DNA from: a virus
Virus record (IMG/VR): IMGVR_UViG_3300042324_001267
Direction: 5' to 3' (one strand)
Length of the DNA: 64,000 nt
The notes under the pieces were generated by a model. It had not been told where the DNA came from. It saw nothing but the letters and a program-made list of their open reading frames with translations, and searched no databases. Every line of letters starts with the position of its first letter. The first letter of the stretch is position 1. Below, piece by piece: positions 57,293-64,000 of this stretch. Made by a program: the position numbers and the translations under genes.

Positions 57293-57318
57293 GAGCCTAG
57301 TTTTTACTAGGCTTTTTT
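57293..57318 (+). terminator. Intrinsic terminator
   Basis: AGCCTAG-tttta-CTAGGCT + T-run. Confidence 0.75.
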
Positions 57319-57353
57319 CGTATATTTATTGTAAACAAATACAGTTTATATTT

Positions 57354-58040
57354 ATGGCTTCTAACCATCACACCGATGAGGTTTTTACTCCAAAGAGAAA
57401 ACCAAAAAACCCAATTAAGTTTCAACTCCAACTTAATGACGAACAAAAATTAGCAAAAGCACTTATCGTAGAAAATCCAGTAGTCGTTCTAAAAGGAATG
57501 GCAGGTTCAGGAAAGACTTTAGTAGCAGTACAAGCAGCTCTAGATATGTTATTCTGTAAAGAGGTAGAGAAGATTGTTATCACAAGACCTACAGTGGCTA
57601 AGGAAGAATTAGGCTTTTTACCAGGCGATCTTAAAGAAAAGATGGATCCGTGGTTAGCACCAATATACCACAACCTTTATATGCTATACGGAAAAGATAA
57701 AGTAGATAAAGAATTGGAATACGGAAATATTGAAATTGTACCATTTGCATTTATGAGAGGTAGAACATTTGTTAACTCTTTTGTAATTGTAGATGAGGCA
57801 CAAAACGTTACTCAAGATCAAATGGAAACAGTATTGGGGAGACTTGGTAAAAATTCTAAAATGGTAATCTGCGGGGATTTAGCTCAAATAGATTTAAAAG
57901 TAAAGAAAGAAACAGGATTTTCTTTTCTTACAAGAATTGAAGAGCAAGTAAAAGGTTTTAGAGTATTTGCTTTAAAAGCTAATCACAGACATGAGATTGT
58001 AGCACCTATACTAAAGGTATATCAAGATTTTAGGGATTAA
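57354..58040 (+). CDS. phoH: PhoH-family ATPase
   Basis: GMAGSGKT, TRP, LGFLPG..EKM.PW, FMRGRTF, DEAQN, GD..Q.D, RH. Confidence 0.95.
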   Translation: MASNHHTDEVFTPKRKPKNPIKFQLQLNDEQKLAKALIVENPVVVLKGMAGSGKTLVAVQAALDMLFCKEVEKIVITRPTVAKEELGFLPGDLKEKMDPWLAPIYHNLYMLYGKDKVDKELEYGNIEIVPFAFMRGRTFVNSFVIVDEAQNVTQDQMETVLGRLGKNSKMVICGDLAQIDLKVKKETGFSFLTRIEEQVKGFRVFALKANHRHEIVAPILKVYQDFRD

Positions 58041-58074
58041 AGTAAGTCGCTATTTATAAATAAACTATTTGGTA

Positions 58075-58494
58075 ATGGCAAAATTTACATACTTTATACG
58101 AGAAAGACTTAAATTAAACGGAGTTGAAAGAGGTACAAACTTTGAAACATCTATAACAGGTGTTAACTATGCAGATAGCAGAGTAATGTCAGTACCTTCA
58201 GGATCAATGACTGAGATTATTAACTTAGCAGCACTTCCAGGAGCAGGTACTTTTGTATCAAGCAGTGTAAGGTATGCTAGAATTTCAAATCTTTCAACAG
58301 GATCTGTTAATTTACAACTATCTGGTTCAACACATCAATTCAACTTCCTACTTCGAGGAAGCGGTAGCTTTATATTTAATTCAGAATACGTAAGCGGTCA
58401 GTTTAATAACTTTACATATGGAGATTTAAGATCAGTAAAAGCTTCTCCAGTTGACTCAGAAGCTACTATTGGATACTTAGTAGTAACTACTTAA
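58075..58494 (+). CDS. Putative virion structural protein
   Basis: Beta-rich ORF after TATTTATA motif. Confidence 0.6.
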   Translation: MAKFTYFIRERLKLNGVERGTNFETSITGVNYADSRVMSVPSGSMTEIINLAALPGAGTFVSSSVRYARISNLSTGSVNLQLSGSTHQFNFLLRGSGSFIFNSEYVSGQFNNFTYGDLRSVKASPVDSEATIGYLVVTT

Positions 58495-58506
58495 ACTTTT
58501 TAAAAC

Positions 58507-59709
58507 ATGGCAAATATTCAAATCTGGGATGGTAGTACAAACTTCATAGCAGGGGAATCAACTCCCTTTGGCTTTTATGATGATGACTTATCTTTCCAAG
58601 AAGATGCACCTAAGGTAGCACGTTATTGTGCTGAGAAATTAGGATGGCCGGTACTAGATATAGAATTACACGAAAGACAACTTTACGCAGCTTTTGAAGA
58701 AGCAGTTACTGCTTACGGAAAAGAAGTAATAGAAGCTATAACTGCAGAGACATTATCTTCCCAATTAGGAGGAAGTGCTGGAGGTTCAGCTGTAAATCAA
58801 ACTATATTTAGACCTAGTTTACAGAATGTAATTCTAACAAGTGCACAATACGGAACAGAAGCAGGAGTAGGAGGACCAGTTACCCTAAGAACAGCAATGA
58901 TTGATCTTGTAGCAAACCAACAAGACTATAACCTTACAACTCTAATAGGACAAGGAGCAATTGAAATACGAAAAGTATTTTACGAAGCACCTCCTGCTAT
59001 TATGAGATACTTTGACCCATATGCAGGAACAGGAACAGGTATTCAGTCTCTTATGGATGCATTTGATTTTGGATCATTCTCACCAGGGGTAAACTTCTTA
59101 TTGATGCCAGCATCTTATGATGTATTAAAAACACAAGCAATTGAGTTTAACGATCAAATAAGAAAATCAACTTACTCTTTTGAGATTCATAATAATATAT
59201 TAACTTTATTTCCAGTACCAGCAAAAGCCGGTAAATTAAAAGTACAGTATTATATACTCAGTGAAAAAACAGGTCAATACATAAGTGATACTATTTCATT
59301 TGCAGCTTCTGCAAATTCTTCTGGAGCAATAACAGGAACAGGAGGAAGTAGTTCAACAACAGGTGTAACAACCAATATGTCAAATGCTAATGCACAAAAT
59401 TTAGTATACTCTGAAATAAACGCAATAGGACGTCAGTGGATATTCAAGTATGCAGCAGCTACCTGTAAAGAGATATTAGCATACGTTAGAGGTAAGTACG
59501 AAACAGTACCAGTACCAGGATCAGAAGTTAGGTTAAATGCAGCAGATTTATTAGCAGATGCAAGAACAGAGAAAGCTACTTTGGTAGAATCTTTAAAAGC
59601 AACAATGCAAACAGCATCTCTAACAAACCAGCTTTCCTTACAAGCAACACAAACACAATATATCAATGATGCTTTATCTAAAGTACCAATGTTAATATAC
59701 GTAGGATAA
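58507..59709 (+). CDS. Neck/head-tail adaptor (gp13-like)
   Basis: LGWPVLDIEL..QL; WI.KYA.A..KE.L..VRGKY...P..LN. Confidence 0.7.
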   Translation: MANIQIWDGSTNFIAGESTPFGFYDDDLSFQEDAPKVARYCAEKLGWPVLDIELHERQLYAAFEEAVTAYGKEVIEAITAETLSSQLGGSAGGSAVNQTIFRPSLQNVILTSAQYGTEAGVGGPVTLRTAMIDLVANQQDYNLTTLIGQGAIEIRKVFYEAPPAIMRYFDPYAGTGTGIQSLMDAFDFGSFSPGVNFLLMPASYDVLKTQAIEFNDQIRKSTYSFEIHNNILTLFPVPAKAGKLKVQYYILSEKTGQYISDTISFAASANSSGAITGTGGSSSTTGVTTNMSNANAQNLVYSEINAIGRQWIFKYAAATCKEILAYVRGKYETVPVPGSEVRLNAADLLADARTEKATLVESLKATMQTASLTNQLSLQATQTQYINDALSKVPMLIYVG

Positions 59710-60008
59710 TGAGAAAACTAATAAACGAAGTAACTTTTGGAATATACCAAGGCCTTATCAGGGTTGGTCACAAAGATGAAATTACAGCTTCAGAGGTTGC
59801 AGATTTCGTTAGAGCTATGCCAGGTGTTACAAGAGTTACAGCTATTGATTCAGATGAAGATAGAAATATAGTTGTACTAAAAGTAAAAATATTAACTGCC
59901 AAACCAGGTCCAGTTGTATTTGAAAAGTTAAAAAAAGATACATTTAAGTTAGTACCTAATATTAAAAAGGTAGACTTGTCTTTAAAATCAATTGAAAAAA
60001 TAGAATAA
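59709..60008 (+). CDS. Small leader-bearing hypothetical protein
   Basis: MRKLINE|V; ferredoxin-like alternating pattern. Confidence 0.6.
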   Translation: MRKLINEVTFGIYQGLIRVGHKDEITASEVADFVRAMPGVTRVTAIDSDEDRNIVVLKVKILTAKPGPVVFEKLKKDTFKLVPNIKKVDLSLKSIEKIE

Positions 60009-60556
60009 TGATATTCGGAAGCCAAAGAGATTTTAATCTACTTATAAAGATAAACAGAGAGTTATTATCAGATGTAATAGAACAAGAAATTCTCTATTAC
60101 AAAATGTCTTTGGAAGAAACTCAAGCAAACATATACGGAGAAGCTCAGGAAAAAGTTTATTGGTCACCAGTAAAAGTTAATTGTCTTATTGATAGAGGAG
60201 AGCCAGGAATGTCTGTAGATGATTTTGGACCTGATAGAGGAAGATCTACAAGTTTTAAATTTTTAAGAGAAGATTTAAAAGATGTAAATACTGTACCTGA
60301 AGTAGGGGATATTATACAGTGGCAAGAAGATTACTACGAAGTAGATAACACTGTAGAGAACCAGCTATTTGTAGGTAGAGACGAGAATTATAACCTAACT
60401 GACTACGGACCAGACTATGCAGGAACACTTTCTATTATATGTGTATGCCATTTAACAAGAGCAGATAAAGTTGGAATAGTTTCAAGATATGAAGCAACAC
60501 CAATAGACTCTAATTCAATTACAACGGCAACTACACAAGCAAATACAATATTATAA
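60008..60556 (+). CDS. Head closure/neck protein (gp14-like)
   Basis: NIYGE, PEVGDII..YYEV; position after gp13-like gene. Confidence 0.65.
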   Translation: MIFGSQRDFNLLIKINRELLSDVIEQEILYYKMSLEETQANIYGEAQEKVYWSPVKVNCLIDRGEPGMSVDDFGPDRGRSTSFKFLREDLKDVNTVPEVGDIIQWQEDYYEVDNTVENQLFVGRDENYNLTDYGPDYAGTLSIICVCHLTRADKVGIVSRYEATPIDSNSITTATTQANTIL

Positions 60557-61782
60557 TGGCATTAACAAGAAAACCTGTACCGAAATCACAAGTCGAATTG
60601 TCTCAAGAGACTATTCAACCTTACTTAAGTCAAGGTAAATCTCTTGTACCTGCTAATAAAAAAAGAGAGAATCAAAGAACTGTAAAAGGAGATGATGTAA
60701 AGCAGTTTCAAGTAGGATTAAAAGATGTAGATGAATCTATATTCTACTACTTCAACAATATAATTAGACCATCAGTAATTCAGAACAGCATAAAAGTAAA
60801 CGTTCCGGTTATTTATGGATCACCAGAAAGATGGGCAGCAATGCAAAAAGATGGATTTTACAGAGATAAAAACGGTAAGATTCAAACACCTCTTATAATG
60901 GTTAAAAGAGATTCTATTGAAAAGAATAGATCACTTGGAAATAAAATGGATGCAAATAATCCTGTACATTTTGGAGTATTTCAAAAAAAATATTCACAAA
61001 AAAATGTATACGATAGATTTTCTACTTTAAATAATAGAGAACCTGTTAAAGAATATTACGGAGTTATTATGCCGGACTATGTAAACCTGGTTTACTCATG
61101 TGTTATTTTTACAGAATACGTAGAGCAAATGAATAAGATAGTAGAGTCAGTGAACTTTGCATCAGATTCATACTGGGGAGATCCAGAAAGATTTAAGTTT
61201 AGAGCAGCAATTGATAACTATTCAACAACAACTGAATTAGTTGAAGGAGGAGACAGAACAGTAAAGACTTCTTTTCAAATTAAAATAGCAGGGTATATTG
61301 TATCGGATGCAATTAATACAAATGTAGGTAATCCAAATAAGTTTTTCTCCAAAGCTGCAGTAAGTTTTGGAATAGAAACAGCAACTAGTAGCACCTCCCT
61401 ACAGAGACAAGCTACAACCTCAACTAAAGCAGGTTCAACAAGGTTTTATGATCAACTCCCAGTAACTATAGTACAGGATAATAGTATGACAACAGCACAG
61501 ATAGAATTTATCTCACTTAACAACACTGAAGTAGTAACCGGTACAAGTATTGTAAGTGGGGATACAGCAGTATTTTCAGGTAAAGCATTTGCAATACCTC
61601 CACCTGGCTTCACAATAACTCAGGAATCTTTTGCTATTTATATAAACAGTACCTATATTCCAAATAGTCAGAGAACAGTTTCTCAAGAAAGTGGGGATAT
61701 AGTGGTAGTATTCGATACCGCTAGCATCAAGTATACTCTTTCAGGAGCAGACGAAATAGTGATAGTAGGAAAATTTAATTAG
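60556..61782 (+). CDS. Tail terminator/sheath stabiliser (gp15-like)
   Basis: VPVIYGSPERW, P.I...R, PDYVNLVY..I.T....QMN.IVE. Confidence 0.7.
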   Translation: MALTRKPVPKSQVELSQETIQPYLSQGKSLVPANKKRENQRTVKGDDVKQFQVGLKDVDESIFYYFNNIIRPSVIQNSIKVNVPVIYGSPERWAAMQKDGFYRDKNGKIQTPLIMVKRDSIEKNRSLGNKMDANNPVHFGVFQKKYSQKNVYDRFSTLNNREPVKEYYGVIMPDYVNLVYSCVIFTEYVEQMNKIVESVNFASDSYWGDPERFKFRAAIDNYSTTTELVEGGDRTVKTSFQIKIAGYIVSDAINTNVGNPNKFFSKAAVSFGIETATSSTSLQRQATTSTKAGSTRFYDQLPVTIVQDNSMTTAQIEFISLNNTEVVTGTSIVSGDTAVFSGKAFAIPPPGFTITQESFAIYINSTYIPNSQRTVSQESGDIVVVFDTASIKYTLSGADEIVIVGKFN

Positions 61783-61787
61783 AAGAA

Positions 61788-62153
61788 ATGGCATTAATAC
61801 GATGGAAACAGTTAACAGGTGACTTAAACGGAGCACCTGTATTTACCGGATCACTCCAGATATCTGGATCTATTGTACTGAACGGAATTGATTTATCTAT
61901 CAATCAAAGTATTTTTAGACAAACAGGGTCCTATTGGAATACAACAAGAAATATAGGAATAACAGGATCTTTTCAACTTAATCTTAGTGAAGTAGGTCAG
62001 TATTTTGCAATATCAGTTGGAGGAAATGAAAAGATAAAAGTGAATACAGAAGGAACTTTGCAATTAGCACCACAGAGCGTAACACCGACAGCAGTAACAG
62101 GGGGTATCTTTTATAGTTCAAGTGATGCTTTCTTCTTAGGGTTCAATAATTAG
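61788..62153 (+). CDS. Small fibre-associated structural protein
   Basis: TGSLQISGS motifs as in fibre genes. Confidence 0.55.
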   Translation: MALIRWKQLTGDLNGAPVFTGSLQISGSIVLNGIDLSINQSIFRQTGSYWNTTRNIGITGSFQLNLSEVGQYFAISVGGNEKIKVNTEGTLQLAPQSVTPTAVTGGIFYSSSDAFFLGFNN

Positions 62154-62185
62154 AGATATTTATTAATAAAATAAAACAATAAAAC

Positions 62186-63256
62186 ATGGCAAATTGGAAA
62201 AAAGTCATTGTCAGCGGCTCGTCAGCGCACTTACTAAGTGTAACAGCTTCTAACTTAACAGATGACAACTTAGTAATAGCAGGTGCAGGAGGAGCATTAG
62301 AAAGCAGCGGACTTACCTACAATGGAACTTTATTAAACCTAGGAACTGCTCAAGTACAAGCAGCAGGATTCTCAGGATCATTCTCTGGATCTTTTCAAGG
62401 GAATGGAGCAAACCTAACAGGAATTGTAGCAACAGGTACATCTTTACAAAACGCTATAGCAAGCGGAGAAGGTATTGCACCATTTAGCTATACAAATATA
62501 GCACCAGTTTCAGTAGCAGTATCTGGAGCAATAGATTTAACAGATAACGCTATTACAAAATGGGATAACGATGCAGGTAAGTTTCAAACTTCTTCTTTAC
62601 TTGATAATGGTATTGAAATTACAGGTGTTACTTCAATTCAGTTAACAGGAGGTGCTTCAAATCTTTCTGGATCTTTTTCAGGATCATTCTCAGGAGATGG
62701 AGCAAACTTAACAGGATTAGTTTCTACTCTAAACGTATCTGGCTCAGCAGGTAATGGAGCAGTTGACCTAAAAACTCAAACGTTTACTATTGCAGGTACC
62801 TCTCTAGAGGTTGAGACATCAATGTCAGGTCAAACTCTTACAATTGGTTTACCAAGTGATGTTACAATTGGAAATAATTTAACAGTAACAGGAGATTTAT
62901 TTGTAAATGGTACAACTACTCAGGTAAACACAACTGACTTGTATGTAGAAGATAAATTCATTATCTTAGCATCAGGATCAGCTTCAGCAGGAGATGCAGG
63001 TATTATTATTGATAGAGGATCAGATGCAGCAGGAAATATTGCTTTTGGATACGATGTAGATACAGATAGATGGGGATTCCAAAACGGATTAACAGATACA
63101 CAAAATGCTATTACAATCGGTACAAACGGTAATAGTGCATTTGTAGGATATGTATTCACAGAAGCAGCTCACGTATCAGCACCAACAACAGGAGAATTTG
63201 TAGCAGCAGGAGCAATATACACAGCAACATCAGGAGATATTTTTATATATTCATAA
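62186..63256 (+). CDS. Fibre/whisker-like structural protein
   Basis: SGSFSGSF.G.GANLTG x2; LTVTGDLFVNGTTT..N...L.VED.FI.L. Confidence 0.65.
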   Translation: MANWKKVIVSGSSAHLLSVTASNLTDDNLVIAGAGGALESSGLTYNGTLLNLGTAQVQAAGFSGSFSGSFQGNGANLTGIVATGTSLQNAIASGEGIAPFSYTNIAPVSVAVSGAIDLTDNAITKWDNDAGKFQTSSLLDNGIEITGVTSIQLTGGASNLSGSFSGSFSGDGANLTGLVSTLNVSGSAGNGAVDLKTQTFTIAGTSLEVETSMSGQTLTIGLPSDVTIGNNLTVTGDLFVNGTTTQVNTTDLYVEDKFIILASGSASAGDAGIIIDRGSDAAGNIAFGYDVDTDRWGFQNGLTDTQNAITIGTNGNSAFVGYVFTEAAHVSAPTTGEFVAAGAIYTATSGDIFIYS

Positions 63257-63281
63257 TAGTTATTAAATAAAAAAAGTTATA

Positions 63282-63464
63282 ATGGGATTAATAGACAAGA
63301 TTAGGCCTCAACTAAAACAAGAAGAGACTGAAAGTTTTACAGCAGAAGAGTTAAAGTTTTTACTCTTAAAATTGAGATCGGCAACCTACACAGGACATGA
63401 ATTTGAGACGTTTTACAATATATGGGTTAAGGTAACAAAAGAATTAGAAAGATTAGAAAAATAA
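63282..63464 (+). CDS. Small hypothetical protein
   Basis: 60-aa ORF followed by terminator. Confidence 0.6.
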   Translation: MGLIDKIRPQLKQEETESFTAEELKFLLLKLRSATYTGHEFETFYNIWVKVTKELERLEK

Positions 63465-63466
63465 AC

Positions 63467-63488
63467 AAGAGCCTTAGGGCTCTTTTTT
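63467..63488 (+). terminator. Intrinsic terminator
   Basis: AAGAGCC-TTAG-GGCTCTT + T-run. Confidence 0.8.
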
Positions 63489-63536
63489 GTTAGTTGATTC
63501 TTTAAAAAAAATCTCATAACTTAAAAAGAAAAACAT

Positions 63537-63761
63537 ATGAACTTATTTAGCATAGATAACTTATCCTTAGAAGAAATAAACCTCCTAAGACAATCACTTA
63601 ACGTAATCGAAATAAAAGGGGCTTCGGCTATCTTTGTAGCTACTCTTCAAGTAAAACTAGATCAAGAGATTTCTCAAATCCGTACTATGATTGAGGAAGA
63701 AGAGAAAAAAAAGCAAGCAGGTATTCTAAAGATAGAAAAAGCTGCTAAAGCAGAACTATAA
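63537..63761 (+). CDS. Small hypothetical protein (coiled coil)
   Basis: Resembles upstream small gene (L/F-S/T-x-EE[IL]xxL...x-G). Confidence 0.6.
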   Translation: MNLFSIDNLSLEEINLLRQSLNVIEIKGASAIFVATLQVKLDQEISQIRTMIEEEEKKKQAGILKIEKAAKAEL

Positions 63762-63839
63762 GATATTTATATTATATATTATAGACCTGAAGAAGGAAGT
63801 GGGCCGGCAATCCGGTAACCAATCGTAATAATACTTAAT

Positions 63840-64000
63840 ATGCCAAGTTGGAAAAAAGTCATAATTAGCGGCTCAGATGCTGCTTTAAACTCTCTTAATG
63901 TTTCTACATCACTTACTGCAAGTGGAATAACCTACCCTAATACAGACGGTACATCGGGACAAGTTGTCACAACTGACGGTGCAGGGAATTTAACATTTTC
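63840..64000 (+). CDS. Partial fibre-like protein (runs off the window)
   Basis: MPSWKKVIISGSDAAL..., paralogous N-terminus to 62186 (MANWKKVIVSGS). Confidence 0.7.
   Translation, partial: MPSWKKVIISGSDAALNSLNVSTSLTASGITYPNTDGTSGQVVTTDGAGNLTF

Noticed and set aside
232-63159. Minus-strand and nested alternate-frame ORFs in the track (e.g. 37870-38427, 45165-45608, 52528-52935)
   Set aside because: They are shadows of well-supported + strand genes and have no recognisable motifs.
1-64000. Alternative genetic code or stop-codon reassignment
   Set aside because: Core genes are intact in the standard code and TAA, TAG and TGA all end tightly packed genes.

Overview
This window is 64 kb of an AT-rich, large T4-like tailed phage genome (myovirus-type baseplate), with essentially all real genes on the + strand. 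The host is probably a Bacteroidota/Flavobacterium-like organism, inferred from A-rich translation starts without Shine-Dalgarno sites and promoters resembling the TTG...TAnnTTTG consensus. Left to right: (1) 1-5.9 kb, small early genes, most with their own copy of a conserved promoter, plus a 460-bp non-coding origin-like island. (2) A sigma-factor-like gene, baseplate genes and six fibre genes (6-32 kb), one with about 53 SHAEG repeats. (3) 32-46.7 kb, primase and exonuclease plus many unknown or enzymatic genes (kinase-like, two Pol-beta-type nucleotidyltransferases, HxxH nucleotidyltransferase, zincins, HAD phosphatase, nuclease). (4) A T4-type head module (terminase, portal, protease, scaffold, major capsid), then phoH, neck/tail-terminator and more fibre genes. 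The most notable pattern is a shared N-terminal K-x-x-L-x-x-[IL]-[IL]-x-E leader on about 15 unrelated proteins, with [ILMV]-x-E sites at domain boundaries. This suggests a large capsid-cargo/polyprotein system processed by the prohead protease, including membrane-peptide cassettes embedded in the scaffold protein. All calls come from visual motif recognition; no database searches were run.
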